In this document: one piece after another, positions 48,486 to 60,442 of the stretch | How the letters are laid out: each line of letters opens with the position of its first letter | How positions within the stretch are numbered: position 1 is the stretch's first letter | Source of the DNA: Cenarchaeum sp. | GTDB taxonomy: Archaea; Thermoproteota; Nitrososphaeria; Nitrososphaerales; Nitrosopumilaceae | DNA length: 64,000 nucleotides | Assembly: GCA_965212015.1 (NCBI GenBank) | Contig: OZ243037.1 | Span: 1,024,001 to 1,088,000, forward strand | Direction: 5' to 3' | Position numbers and translations under genes: made by a program | The notes under the pieces: generated by a model | Database searches by the model: none | Seen by the model: only the letters and a program-made list of their open reading frames with translations | What the model was told of the DNA's origin: nothing

Positions 48486-49729
48486 CGTCAGACTCGCTGT
48501 TCAGGGACGCCGATCCCCTGATATCCGCCGTGCTAAACCGCGCCCTCTCTGAAAAGGAAATCTCTGCAGACGAGGGACTCGTATTGTACGGCGCCGACGG
48601 GCCGGACTTTCACCTGGTCGGCATGGTGGCAGACGAGCTGCGAAAAAGAAGAGCAGGTAATACTGTCACATACGTGGTGAACAGGAACATAAACTTTACA
48701 AACGTCTGCATAAAGCAGTGCGGTTTTTGCGCGTTTAGCAGGGACTTTAGGGAAGAAGAGGGCTATCTGCTGCCAGTAGAGGAGGTGGTCCGCAGGGCAA
48801 AAGAGGCGCACGCGCTGGGCGCAACTGAGGTGTGCATCCAGGCGGGGCTGCCGCCGGACATGGAGGCAGACACATACGAGAAGATTTGCCGGGCCATAAA
48901 AAGGGACATTCCAGACATGCACATACACGGGTTTTCGCCAGAAGAGATACTGTACGGCGCGACGAGATCCGGCGTGCCAGTCGGCGAATATCTGGGGCGC
49001 CTCAAGGAGGCAGGAGTGGACACGCTGCCAGGCACGTCGGCTGAGATTCTGGACCAAAAGATACGCGACAAGATATCGCCGGGCAGGATAAGCGCGGTGG
49101 ACTGGATTGACGTAATAAAGACCGCCCACAAAATGGGGATAAGGACCACATCCACAATGATGTTCGGCCACGTCGAGTCGCTGCATGACAGGACAAGGCA
49201 CATTGCGGTGCTGCGCGACATACAAAAAGAGACCGGCGGCTTTACAGAGTTTGTCCCGCTGAACTTTATCTTTGATGAGGCCCCGATGTACAAGCACCGG
49301 CTGCACGACGGAATCATGCGCGGTGCCGGCGCAAAGGACGTCATGCTGACGCACGCAATAGCAAGAATAATGCTAAACAACATAGAGAACATCCAGATGT
49401 CGTGGGTAAAAGAAGGCCAGAGAATGTCCCAGATCCTGCTGATGTGGGGCGCAAACGACTTTGGCGGGACCCTTATCAACGAGAGCATTTCGACTGCGGC
49501 AGGCGCGGGACACGGGCAGCTCTTACAGCCAAAGCAGATAAGGCGGCTTGCAAGGGAGATGGGGAGGACGCCTGCGCAGCGCGATACGCAGTACAGGCTG
49601 CTAAGGACGTTTGAGCAAGAGCCCGCAGACGAGGGGCTGGACGCAGTAAGCGATGCGGGCAGGTTCGGATCATACTTTGAGCTAATAAAGATAAAAAAAT
49701 TCAGGTACGACAATCCAAGGGCGGTATAA
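48482..49729 (+). CDS. cofH: FO synthase subunit 2
   Basis: VVNRNINFTNVCIKQCGFC, PGTSAEIL, GANDFGGTL. Confidence 0.95.
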   Translation: MTSDSLFRDADPLISAVLNRALSEKEISADEGLVLYGADGPDFHLVGMVADELRKRRAGNTVTYVVNRNINFTNVCIKQCGFCAFSRDFREEEGYLLPVEEVVRRAKEAHALGATEVCIQAGLPPDMEADTYEKICRAIKRDIPDMHIHGFSPEEILYGATRSGVPVGEYLGRLKEAGVDTLPGTSAEILDQKIRDKISPGRISAVDWIDVIKTAHKMGIRTTSTMMFGHVESLHDRTRHIAVLRDIQKETGGFTEFVPLNFIFDEAPMYKHRLHDGIMRGAGAKDVMLTHAIARIMLNNIENIQMSWVKEGQRMSQILLMWGANDFGGTLINESISTAAGAGHGQLLQPKQIRRLAREMGRTPAQRDTQYRLLRTFEQEPADEGLDAVSDAGRFGSYFELIKIKKFRYDNPRAV

Positions 49730-49762
49730 CTGTACAGCTCAAACAAGTCAGGCCCATTTGGC

Positions 49763-50692
49763 TCATTGCAAAAGAAACGTGGCTCCGAGATATGCAAAAT
49801 AGGCCGCTGCCAGTGCCACGCCCACGGGCCTGCCAATTACGCCGGTCCTCAGGCCGACTAGCAGCACCAGGCTGAATCCGATCATCACGATATAGTCGAC
49901 GAGGATCTTTGGCGCAACAGGTATGCTTGCAATGCTGGCCGCAATCCCCATGATCATCAGAATGTTATAGATATTGCTGCCGACAATGTTTCCGATTCCA
50001 ATGCCTGTGTGGCCCCTTCGTATGGCAATGATTGACGTTATCAGCTCAGGCAATGATGTCCCTATTGCGATTACGGTTATCCCGATTATCCTGTCGGAGA
50101 GTCCAAAGTACTGCGCCAAGAGTACGGCGTTTTCAATCGCAAGCCACGCGCCTGCGCCAAGCAGTATGACGCCGGCGCCTATCATGGCGCCGGACCTGAG
50201 GTACGCCCTTGCAGCCAGCGGCGCATGATCCGCCTGCACGCGCTGCTTTTTTGCATCCGCATACACGTATACGGTAAACGCCACCAGGGATCCCACCAGG
50301 ATCATCCCGTCATACTGCGATATCTCGCCGTCAATTGAGAGCGCGACTAGCAGCAGGGATACGCCGATCATTATTGGAACCTCCTTTTTTAGCGTGCCCC
50401 TGCGCACCGCAAGGGCGGCAATTATCGAGGCAATGCCGATTACCATGCCGACGTTTGCAATGTTGCTGCCGACAATGTTTCCCAGTATTATGTCGCCGTG
50501 ATCGGTGGCTGCCATGCTGGCTGCAAGCTCCGGCGTCGAGGTCCCGTACGCCACTATGGTCATTCCGATTATCAGGGGGCTGATCCTGAGCCCCTTTGCA
50601 ATGTTTACGCCGCCGGCGACCAGCCAGTTTCCCCCAAAGCACAGCATTACCAGTCCGGCCGCAGTCAGCGCGGCTGCAAACACTATATCCAT
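49763..50692 (-). CDS. calcium/sodium antiporter (YrbG family)
   Basis: Two alpha repeats GTS(T/L)PEL and GNIVGSNI.N. Confidence 0.95.
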   Translation of the reverse strand: MDIVFAAALTAAGLVMLCFGGNWLVAGGVNIAKGLRISPLIIGMTIVAYGTSTPELAASMAATDHGDIILGNIVGSNIANVGMVIGIASIIAALAVRRGTLKKEVPIMIGVSLLLVALSIDGEISQYDGMILVGSLVAFTVYVYADAKKQRVQADHAPLAARAYLRSGAMIGAGVILLGAGAWLAIENAVLLAQYFGLSDRIIGITVIAIGTSLPELITSIIAIRRGHTGIGIGNIVGSNIYNILMIMGIAASIASIPVAPKILVDYIVMIGFSLVLLVGLRTGVIGRPVGVALAAAYFAYLGATFLLQ

Positions 50693-50797
50693 GTGAGGAG
50701 ATGGCTGGCCGATTCCTTAAAGATGGGTGTTTTGCCCATAGTTTACCATTCTAACAACCAAAATTGATACTCGTATGACGTGCCGCGCCATACACTG

Positions 50798-51088
50798 CTA
50801 GAATCCCTCAGGCGGGTTTTGGATGAATACGTTACACAGCAGAATGTCCGTCTTTTCGTCCCTGTGCTGGACGTTACACGTTACAAACTTGCCCTTTAGC
50901 GCGCGAATCAAATCCTCGCGCGTACGCCGGTCATACTGGGGGTTTTCCGGATTGTCGATCTTTGCAATCATGACCCGCTCTGTGCGGTCGTACTGTCCAG
51001 AGTTGTCCTTGCGAAAGTACGCCACTGACATCTCAAAGGTGTCCCCCGACAGGCAGTCCAGTACGGTGCCGCCAATCCCGTCGCCCAT
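50798..51088 (-). CDS. short thermonuclease (SNase)-like protein, degenerate
   Basis: V...SGDTF...RV.IAKIDNPE...LKGK.VTC...RD resembles the SNase DGDT / RL.GIDAPE pattern; 96 aa. Confidence 0.6.
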   Translation of the reverse strand: MGDGIGGTVLDCLSGDTFEMSVAYFRKDNSGQYDRTERVMIAKIDNPENPQYDRRTREDLIRALKGKFVTCNVQHRDEKTDILLCNVFIQNPPEGF

Positions 51089-51207
51089 GTCCCTGCTGAA
51101 TCCTGCCGCATAATTATGGCTTTGGCAGCAAATCCGGCCGGATGCGCCGCAAAACCGCCCGCGCACGCATAAAACACATAAATAAAAAAAACGAAAAATG
51201 CCCTCAC

Positions 51208-52491
51208 ATGTCAGAGTTTATGGGATATACGGGAGAGGCCCTCGAGTTTTTAAAGTCCCACAATGTCAGGGTGGGCGACACGCTCAGAATAGTGGCGGAT
51301 TTGACGTACGAGGGAATTCTGATGCCGCGGTACAAGGGGGGCCAGGACATTGTCCTAAAGCTGAAAAACGGATACAATATCGGCATCGGCATCGGCGGAA
51401 TTACGGGTATGGAGAGGACAAGTCAGTACAAGCGGCCCGAGGCGCAGGCAGGGGGGGCGCCCCCCGGCGGCGGGCTGCCAAGGATACTCTTGCTTTCTAC
51501 TGGCGGCACCATTGCAAGCAAGATAGACTATAGGACCGGCGCAGTCACCCCGGCTGCCACGCCAGAGGAGCTCAACGCCTCCGTGCCGGAGCTTGCCGCA
51601 ATCGCAGACATTATACCGCTTACGCTTTTTTCGGAATACTCTGAGAATCTGCAGCCAGAACACTGGAGAAAAATTGCCGAAAAACTCGACTCTGTTGCAG
51701 GCTCGGAATACGCGGGGGTAATCATTGCGCACGGCACTGACACGATGCAGTATACTGCGTCGTACCTCTCGTTTGCACTGGCCGGGTTTCCAATCCCCGT
51801 GGCAGTGGTAGGCTCGCAGAGATCGCCGGACAGGCCGTCGACTGATGCCGCCCTGAACCTGATTGCTGCTGCCAGATTCCTGACGGATGTCAAAAAAAAC
51901 GGCATCCACATAGTAATGCACCACGACGAAAGCGACCAGACAATGGCGTGCCACCGCGCCACCAGGGTGCGCAAAAACCACACAAGCAGGAGGGGCGCCT
52001 TTGAGACAGTCGGTGCGGCACCTGCGTTTCTGGTCACAGGCGAGAAAATAAGGGACAATACGGATTCGGATTTTTTTACAAAAGAACAGTACATGCCTGC
52101 GATAAACCTGGATGCCAGAGTCGCACTCGTAAAATACCACCCCGGCTATGACTCTCGGATTTTGGATCACATTATCGACTCTGGATTCAGGGCCGTAATA
52201 TTTGAGGGAACGGGACTGGGACACGTGGGAAGGTCAATGTACGAGTCTGTAAAAAAGGCGCACAAAAATGGCGTGTTTATGGGAATGACATCGCAGTGTA
52301 TAGACGGCAGGGTGGCAATGACGGTATATGAGAGCGGCCGCGACCTGCTGGATATGGGCATAGTCCCGCTCAAGGACATGATACCCGAGACTGCGCTGGT
52401 AAAGGCAATGTGGGCACTCGGGTGCAGCCAGGACGGGGGCAGCCTCGAGGAGCTGATGCTGACACGCGTGGCATCAGAGTTTTCAGACTAG
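51208..52491 (+). CDS. gatD: Glu-tRNA(Gln) amidotransferase subunit D
   Basis: LKLKNGYNIG, STGGTIAS, HGTDTM, GSQRS.DRP, GTGLGH. Confidence 0.97.
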   Translation: MSEFMGYTGEALEFLKSHNVRVGDTLRIVADLTYEGILMPRYKGGQDIVLKLKNGYNIGIGIGGITGMERTSQYKRPEAQAGGAPPGGGLPRILLLSTGGTIASKIDYRTGAVTPAATPEELNASVPELAAIADIIPLTLFSEYSENLQPEHWRKIAEKLDSVAGSEYAGVIIAHGTDTMQYTASYLSFALAGFPIPVAVVGSQRSPDRPSTDAALNLIAAARFLTDVKKNGIHIVMHHDESDQTMACHRATRVRKNHTSRRGAFETVGAAPAFLVTGEKIRDNTDSDFFTKEQYMPAINLDARVALVKYHPGYDSRILDHIIDSGFRAVIFEGTGLGHVGRSMYESVKKAHKNGVFMGMTSQCIDGRVAMTVYESGRDLLDMGIVPLKDMIPETALVKAMWALGCSQDGGSLEELMLTRVASEFSD

Positions 52492-52497
52492 GTTTTA

Positions 52498-54411
52498 ATG
52501 AACCAAATAGCAACAAACCGCATGCAGGATGCAGACCGCGCAAGAATCGGCCTAAAGGTGGGACTGGAGATACACCAGCAGCTGGCAACTGGCAGAAAGC
52601 TGTTCTGCGGCTGCAGCCAAAGGGAGGCAAAAAAGTACAAGAAAAAATTCTCGCGCAGGATGCGCATAACCAGGGGCGAGATGGGACGGTACGATCCGGC
52701 GGCACTCTTTGAAAAGGGTAAATCAAGGACAATGGTGTATCATTCCGCCCCGGAGAGCAGCTGCCTTGTGGAGGAGGACGAGGAGCCCCCGCACGAGCTA
52801 GACGCAAAGGCAAAAAACACCGCGCTCCTCATAGCATCGTGCCTCAGCTCCAGGATATTCGGCGAGATCTTTCCCATGAGAAAGATGGTAATAGACGGCT
52901 CAAACACGTCGGGATTCCAGCGGACCATGCTGGTATCGCAGGGCGGGACCCTGCGGGCAGGCGGCCTTGAGGTGGGGGTGCAGTCAGTATGCCTCGAGGA
53001 GGATGCCGCAAGGCTGATCGGCGACAGGGGGGAGTTCAGGGAGTACGGCCTTGACAGGCTCGGAGTCCCCCTAGTCGAGATTACACTTGATCCCATAGAG
53101 GCCACGCCCAAAAAAATAAGGCAGGTCGCGCTGGATCTTGGAAGGATGCTGCGGGCCACCAAAAAGGTGGGCAGGGGCCTGGGATCAATCAGGCAGGACG
53201 TAAATGTCTCGGTGGCCGGCGGCGGCGTGGTGGAGGTAAAAGGCGTGCAGCAGCTCGACCAGCTAGAAAAGGTCATAGAGTTCGAGGCCGCCCGCCAGGA
53301 GGGGCTGATGATGATTGCAAAAAAACTAGAGGGTACCGGCAAGGTTGAGAAAAAAATACGGGACATAACTGAATCCATGCGCGGCTGCAGCTCGGAGATA
53401 ATCCGCAGGTCCGTAAAAAACGGCGACATTGTCTGCGCCATGCTTTTTCCAAACTTTGCAGGCATGTTTGGCTATTCGCCCTTTGAGGGAGTGAGGCTGG
53501 GTGCAGAAATCGCGCAGCTTGTGAGGTTTTACGGGATTGGCGGGGTGTTTCACTCTGATGAGCTGCCAAACTATGGAATCGGGGAGGCAGACGTAAGGAC
53601 GATCAGAGGCGAGATAGGCGCAGGGGACGGCGACGGGTTTTTGGTAATGGCGCTGCCAAAGTCAAGGTACGACACTGTTCCAGATCAAATCATAGACCGC
53701 ATAAGGCAGGCCCAAAAGGGCGTGGGTTCTGAGACCAGGCTGGCCAGACAGGACGGCCGGACCGTATTTCTGAGGCCCAGGCCGGGGCCCTCGAGAATGT
53801 ATCCAGAGACTGATGTCCCGCCCATAACGGTCTCGCAGGCAGAGATGGAATCGGCAAGACAAAACATTCCAAAGCCGTGGGACGAAATGATTGCAGAGCT
53901 GGGGGCAAGGTACGGCCTGAACGCCCAGCTCGCAGAGCAGATTATGGATTCGGGATACCAGGAAGTGTTTGAAGCTGCGTGTGCGGACGGAAAAATACCG
54001 GCAAACTTTGCGGCCTCTGCCCTGTGCTCTACGATTACAAGCCTGCAAAGAAAGGGGCTGGATGAAAAGCTGCTGACAGGCGAGATGATTCTGCGCTGCT
54101 TTGAGCTGCTGGCAAAAGAAAAAATCACAAAGGAATCGCTAGAGACCATATTTGAGGGCGTGATGGACGGCAGCGCGGATTCAGTTGATGAGGCGGTGCA
54201 ATCCATGGCAGCGGGCCCCGTGTCTGACGGCGAGCTGTCCCGTATACTAGACGGGATAATCGGCGACAACCAAGATATGGTCACACAGCAAGGCGAGCAT
54301 GCAATCGGAATGCTGATGGGAATTGCAATGAGGGAATTGCGCGGAAGGGCGCCGGGTGAAAAGATAAGCAAAATGCTTGCAGCAAAGATTCAGGAGAGTA
54401 ATAAAAAGTAA
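52498..54411 (+). CDS. gatE: Glu-tRNA(Gln) amidotransferase subunit E
   Basis: GLEIHQQL..KLFC, DGSNTSGFQRT, RPRPG.SRMYPETD. Confidence 0.97.
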   Translation: MNQIATNRMQDADRARIGLKVGLEIHQQLATGRKLFCGCSQREAKKYKKKFSRRMRITRGEMGRYDPAALFEKGKSRTMVYHSAPESSCLVEEDEEPPHELDAKAKNTALLIASCLSSRIFGEIFPMRKMVIDGSNTSGFQRTMLVSQGGTLRAGGLEVGVQSVCLEEDAARLIGDRGEFREYGLDRLGVPLVEITLDPIEATPKKIRQVALDLGRMLRATKKVGRGLGSIRQDVNVSVAGGGVVEVKGVQQLDQLEKVIEFEAARQEGLMMIAKKLEGTGKVEKKIRDITESMRGCSSEIIRRSVKNGDIVCAMLFPNFAGMFGYSPFEGVRLGAEIAQLVRFYGIGGVFHSDELPNYGIGEADVRTIRGEIGAGDGDGFLVMALPKSRYDTVPDQIIDRIRQAQKGVGSETRLARQDGRTVFLRPRPGPSRMYPETDVPPITVSQAEMESARQNIPKPWDEMIAELGARYGLNAQLAEQIMDSGYQEVFEAACADGKIPANFAASALCSTITSLQRKGLDEKLLTGEMILRCFELLAKEKITKESLETIFEGVMDGSADSVDEAVQSMAAGPVSDGELSRILDGIIGDNQDMVTQQGEHAIGMLMGIAMRELRGRAPGEKISKMLAAKIQESNKK

Positions 54412-54439
54412 AAATAAACGGATATGCTCCGTTTAGGAC

Positions 54440-54700
54440 TTAGCCTTCTACCCAGCGTTTGCTGGTTCCCCTATTGGTCCTAACCCAGTGACCCTTGCCA
54501 GACGGCCTGCCCTTGGTTTCGGCAATGTCGCCTAGTTTGATCTTTCTGGTGCCACGACCTATAGTTACATAGACGTCCTTGGCAGCCGCCTTTCGGGCCG
54601 CCTGCACGTCCTTGTATGCCTTGCCAGTCCAATTATCAGCTTCCTTTTCAGATACTCTGCGCGAAGTGCCTCTGCCTCCGACTCGAACTATTTTACCCAT
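54440..54700 (-). CDS. small basic protein with three RGT repeats (86 aa)
   Basis: VRVGGRGTSRR / VTIGRGTRKI / VRTNRGTSKR; TTTAAAA about 25 nt upstream. Confidence 0.75.
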   Translation of the reverse strand: MGKIVRVGGRGTSRRVSEKEADNWTGKAYKDVQAARKAAAKDVYVTIGRGTRKIKLGDIAETKGRPSGKGHWVRTNRGTSKRWVEG

Positions 54701-54788
54701 GCAGGACTTTATTTCCCATCGGTTTTAAAGTTGTTTATTCCGGCGTGGCCGGCCATTCCGGCGTATATTTGGCAGGCCCAGGATCGCT

Positions 54789-55319
54789 CTACTTTAGGGT
54801 TTCTGAGGGTATCGTGCCCTTTTTTCCGACTAGCAGGCTGCGCGATCTCAGCGTCATTCTTATCAGGACGAATCCCAGCGCGGTGGTTACGGCCCCAAAC
54901 AGAATGTTCATAATGTTCGCATCGCTGCCGGTGGACATCATTGTAAAGACCAGCCCCAGGACCATCATCAGGCCGCCCAGGCCCGCAAAGATCATCAGCA
55001 CCAGGGGTAGCTGTTTTGGCTGCCTTTTTAGCTGCTTTGTGAGGGGGATGACCGGTATGACGCCGTTTTCGACTGCCTCTGCACACACGTGGCAGTACCT
55101 CTTGTGCTTGTTCTCCTTTGTGCCGGTCTTTAGAAAATAATAGTGCACGCTGCACAGATCACAGGGCCTCGTGGGAAGCGTAATCCTGGCATACTTGTCA
55201 AAGTCCTGCCCCAGTACCAGCATGCACTTTTTACAATAGTATCCGGGAATTCTCCACATTTTCTGGAACTTGTATTTCTTCCATCCCAGTATGACTCCGC
55301 AGCCACTACAATGTGTCAC
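54789..55319 (-). CDS. double zinc-finger membrane protein
   Basis: Four CxxC pairs followed by two TM helices; GTGA overlap with the urea transporter stop. Confidence 0.8.
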   Translation of the reverse strand: MTHCSGCGVILGWKKYKFQKMWRIPGYYCKKCMLVLGQDFDKYARITLPTRPCDLCSVHYYFLKTGTKENKHKRYCHVCAEAVENGVIPVIPLTKQLKRQPKQLPLVLMIFAGLGGLMMVLGLVFTMMSTGSDANIMNILFGAVTTALGFVLIRMTLRSRSLLVGKKGTIPSETLK

Positions 55320-57349
55320 TTGTCTTCGCCGCTTTCAGATTCCGGTATCGGCTTTGATCCTCGCATTACCTTTGCGATTCCTTGCCTTGCCTCGATTATC
55401 GGCAGTCCGACTATAAAGAACGTCGCAACGCTCACCCAGACTACGGATATGCCCACCCATAGCGAGTAAAAGCCGATATCAAAGACGTATGCCGAAAAGA
55501 ACAGCGGCAATGGCCATGCTATAATTAATACTAGCGTCATTAGTCCACCGCCCTTTAGGCTGAACTTGAAGGCCTTTTTGAGGGTCGCCTCGTCTGCATC
55601 CATGCTTGCGGCCTGCTCCTTTGTGGCATCGACTAGCTTTATCTTTTCCTTCATCTGCTCCCAGTCAAACCTTGCCGGCCTGATCAGGCTGCCGATTCCT
55701 GCAATGGCGCCGCCAGTCAGGATTCCTGCGATATTGCCAAACAGCATTGAATAATTGTGTCCTAGCGTGTCAAGTGAGACTGCGCCGGCAAACATTAGGC
55801 TGGGCTCCCACTCGTCTGTAAACAGCATTGCCGGTGATGAGGATGCGATTCCGGCCCATGTTATTAGCGCAACACTCAGTCCGGCGACGGCCCCTATAGT
55901 CGCCGCATACTTGTTTGTCCGCCGCCACGTTATGGTAAGCGCTATTGGAATTACCGCCGAGCCGATAAGAACACCCATCGCCAGATAGACGAATCCCAAG
56001 CTCAGTCCTATGCTTAATAGTATAACTGCCAGTCCGCCCATTCCCAGTCCAAATCCGACTATGGTGATACGCGAGACCTTTAGGAGTTTTTTGCCGGTGG
56101 CGTTCGGATTCTTGTACGTCCGGTACACGTCGTACGTGATTAGCGACGATACCGCAATCAGCTCTGCGGATCCGGCCGACGTTACTGCCATGAATAGCAT
56201 TGTAAGCACCATTACTGCCCCAATCTCGCCCATCAGCGCCGTGGCAGCTGCAGGTACGGTAAGGCCCAGCTGGACCTGTTCTGGGGTAAGATCCACCCCA
56301 AGCGCGACTGCCGTGAGTCCCATGGTAGTCGCCAATGTAAACGGAATTGCAAACCAGCACGCGCCGCCCAGCAAAAAGCCCTTTACGGTGGATGTCGGCC
56401 TGGCGGCAATCGCCCTCTGCCAGTATGCCTGGTCTACAAACACGGTGCCAAAGTTTCCGACAATATTGATGATTCCAAATATCAGGCCGCCGATGGAGGC
56501 CATTGTAAGGTATGCGCCTGCGGCGTTTCCCTCGACGGGGTGCAGCCTGGCGGCCTCTGTAAGCTTTTCATACATGCCGTCGATTCCGCCCGTGACTGGA
56601 CTGATAAAGTACACCACGGTCACAAACGTCAGTATTACCGCAAATATGACAATGGTATGCATATAGTCGGCGACAAAGGTCGCTTTAAGACCTCCCACCA
56701 GCGTGTAAATCATTACTCCTATGGGGATTAGAAACGCCGCAATGGAAATATCCATTCCCGTCAGGCCGTTGACCACCGCTGCGCCACCAAGGAGCAGCAT
56801 TGCGGTGACTATCATGTTTGTCATTAGTGCAAAAACCAAAAAGACGCGGTGTGCGCCGTCGCCGTACCTTGCGCGGATGATTTCAAGAAAAGTGTGAGCG
56901 TTTGGAGCCTTTCTCTTTAGCTCTATTGCCAGTATTCCAAATAGCAGCACCTGTATGGATGCGCCTGCCGCATACCAGAACGGGCCGCTTATTCCGTACT
57001 GATAGGCCACCGTCGAGGACTGGAGCAATGTCGCAGCCCAGGTCCAGGCAGAGACAATTGCCGCTGCCGTCAGTCCGGTCTTTATGACCCTTCCTGCGGT
57101 GTTGAACCATTCTGACGTCTGCGAGACGCCAAGATACTTTTCTTCAATCTTGGTCTCTATTGTAATGACTACTGCAAATACGGCTCCCAGGCCCACTACT
57201 ATGAACCAGCCCCAGCTTTCATCGAGTGCTTCGCCTAGGGCAAAGCCTTCTGAGATGGCGCCTGCGCCAAAGACCGACTGGGGTGCTATGGCAAAGGCTG
57301 CAATTATGGCAAATAACGGAATGATTCTGACCAGATTTCCTGATTTCAC
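55316..57349 (-). CDS. urea active transporter (DUR3-like, sodium:solute symporter family)
   Basis: SAWTWAATLLQSS, PFWYAAGA, GNFGTVFVDQAYWQRAIAA; adjacent to ureC. Confidence 0.95.
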   Translation of the reverse strand: MKSGNLVRIIPLFAIIAAFAIAPQSVFGAGAISEGFALGEALDESWGWFIVVGLGAVFAVVITIETKIEEKYLGVSQTSEWFNTAGRVIKTGLTAAAIVSAWTWAATLLQSSTVAYQYGISGPFWYAAGASIQVLLFGILAIELKRKAPNAHTFLEIIRARYGDGAHRVFLVFALMTNMIVTAMLLLGGAAVVNGLTGMDISIAAFLIPIGVMIYTLVGGLKATFVADYMHTIVIFAVILTFVTVVYFISPVTGGIDGMYEKLTEAARLHPVEGNAAGAYLTMASIGGLIFGIINIVGNFGTVFVDQAYWQRAIAARPTSTVKGFLLGGACWFAIPFTLATTMGLTAVALGVDLTPEQVQLGLTVPAAATALMGEIGAVMVLTMLFMAVTSAGSAELIAVSSLITYDVYRTYKNPNATGKKLLKVSRITIVGFGLGMGGLAVILLSIGLSLGFVYLAMGVLIGSAVIPIALTITWRRTNKYAATIGAVAGLSVALITWAGIASSSPAMLFTDEWEPSLMFAGAVSLDTLGHNYSMLFGNIAGILTGGAIAGIGSLIRPARFDWEQMKEKIKLVDATKEQAASMDADEATLKKAFKFSLKGGGLMTLVLIIAWPLPLFFSAYVFDIGFYSLWVGISVVWVSVATFFIVGLPIIEARQGIAKVMRGSKPIPESESGEDK

Positions 57350-57446
57350 AAGGTTCGGTATATCGTGGTTTACTTAGGAATTCAGGCAAGTAATGTCTTT
57401 AAATACCCAGTTTCGGACCCGCCCAAATAGTCGATGTCGGCACAAA

Positions 57447-59155
<1,709 letters not shown>

Positions 59156-59159
<4 letters not shown>

Positions 59160-59521
59160 GCCCCCCCGAACCCCCGCTCTTTTGCCTTTAGCAGCGCGTC
59201 TGCCTTTTTTTCATCCAGCCTTCCGTTTACCAGTCCGTTGAATCCAAAGACGGTCTTTTTTCCGCCGTACTCTGTGAGCTCTACTGTTCTGGAATCGCCC
59301 GGCTCAAAGCGCACCGATGTGCCCGCAGGTATGTTGAGGCGGAACCCGTAGGCCTCCTTTCTTGGAAAGGACAGGGCCGCGTTTGCCTCAAAGAAATGCG
59401 CATGCGAGCCCACCTGAATCGGCCGGTCGCCCGTATTGGAGACCTTGATTGATATGGTGTCTTTTCCTGCATTGGCGGCAATTTCGCCGTCGGATATAAT
59501 GTATTCACCGGGCCTCATCAC
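59156..59521 (-). CDS. ureB: urease subunit beta
   Basis: [29 protein letters not shown]. Confidence 0.98.
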
Positions 59522-59524
59522 ACA

Positions 59525-59824
59525 TCACACTATCGGGTCGTGTACGGTAACCAGCTTTGTCCCGTCCTCAAAGGTCGCCTCTACCTGGAGCGAGTGAATC
59601 AGGCCGGGGACCTCCGGCATTACGTCGTCCTTTGAGAGTATCTTTTTGCCGGATCCCATCAGCTCAGAGACCTGTTTGCCGTCGCGCGCGCCCTCCAGTA
59701 TGTGATCGGTTATCAGCGCTATGGCCTCGGGGTGGTTTAGCTTGAGGCCGCGCTCCATCCTGCGTCTTGCAAGCTGTGCGGCCAGAAAGATGTGCAGTTT
59801 ATCTATATCCCTTGGTGTAAACAT
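59525..59824 (-). CDS. ureA: urease subunit gamma
   Basis: MFTPRD..KL...GLKLNHPEA...[19 protein letters not shown]; ATG at 59824. Confidence 0.98.
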   Translation of the reverse strand: MFTPRDIDKLHIFLAAQLARRRMERGLKLNHPEAIALITDHILEGARDGKQVSELMGSGKKILSKDDVMPEVPGLIHSLQVEATFEDGTKLVTVHDPIV

Positions 59825-59827
59825 TGG

Positions 59828-59850
59828 ATAGATTATCGGCGTTAATCTAT
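59828..59850. promoter_or_regulatory. inverted repeat ATAGATTA-N7-TAATCTAT, candidate operator of ureABC
   Basis: Perfect 8-bp arms lying between the minus-strand TATA-like TTATATA (~59848-59854) and the ureA ATG. Confidence 0.55.
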
Positions 59851-59962
59851 ATAATAATTGGGTATGTAGGCCGGAATTTTTCGGATCATGCGAGGCTGCG
59901 CCGGATTCTGCGCACCATACGGCATAGGAAAATATAATTCGCATCGGCGCGGCCGTAAATGC

Positions 59963-60442
59963 ATGCTTGTAGTCACGTCTATTATGGGAAACATCTTTGA
60001 GGATGAAAAGTTCAAGAGTGTGGACTGTGAGCGGATTACCGTTCTGCGATCCGAGATGGAAAAAAGAAGGATGCGGGTAAGGACCAATACCGGCACAGAC
60101 GTGGGGGTGTCGCTGGACTCGGGTGTGGTGCTGCGCCACGGCGATGTTCTTGCGGGAGACGGGAGGCTCGTCGTTGTAGAGCAGGCCCCCGAAAAGGTAA
60201 TCTCGCTTAAACTCAGACAAGGTGCGCCAGCTGAGCTGCCGGTCCTTGCTGGCCACATCATAGGAAACAGGCACCGGCCCATTACGGTAGATGACGGGAG
60301 GGTGCTGTTTCCAATACAGGCAGATTCCGAGCTGCAAGTCTTTGAGAGGCTGTTTGCAGGTATTGCAGATGATGTTGAAATGTCAATAGAGGAGATTATA
60401 TTCCAGCCCCATACGGGGGCAGGCGTGCACGGGCATGCATGA
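59963..60442 (+). CDS. ureE: urease accessory protein UreE
   Basis: [15 protein letters not shown], short C-terminal His tail. Confidence 0.93.
   Translation: MLVVTSIMGNIFEDEKFKSVDCERITVLRSEMEKRRMRVRTNTGTDVGVSLDSGVVLRHGDVLAGDGRLVVVEQAPEKVISLKLRQGAPAELPVLAGHIIGNRHRPITVDDGRVLFPIQADSELQVFERLFAGIADDVEMSIEEIIFQPHTGAGVHGHA

Noticed and set aside
48533-49836. Long antisense ORFs here and over sdhA, gatE and ureC
   Set aside because: Shadow frames expected opposite GC-rich genes; no motifs of their own.
59927-59942. NrpR operator upstream of ureE
   Set aside because: GGAA-AATATAA-TTCG has the wrong spacing and a mismatch relative to GGAA-N6-TTCC; better explained as the TATA region.
59825-60337. 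270-aa N-terminally extended UreA in the ORF track
   Set aside because: The extension is antisense to ureE and spans the promoter region; true homology begins at ATG 59824.
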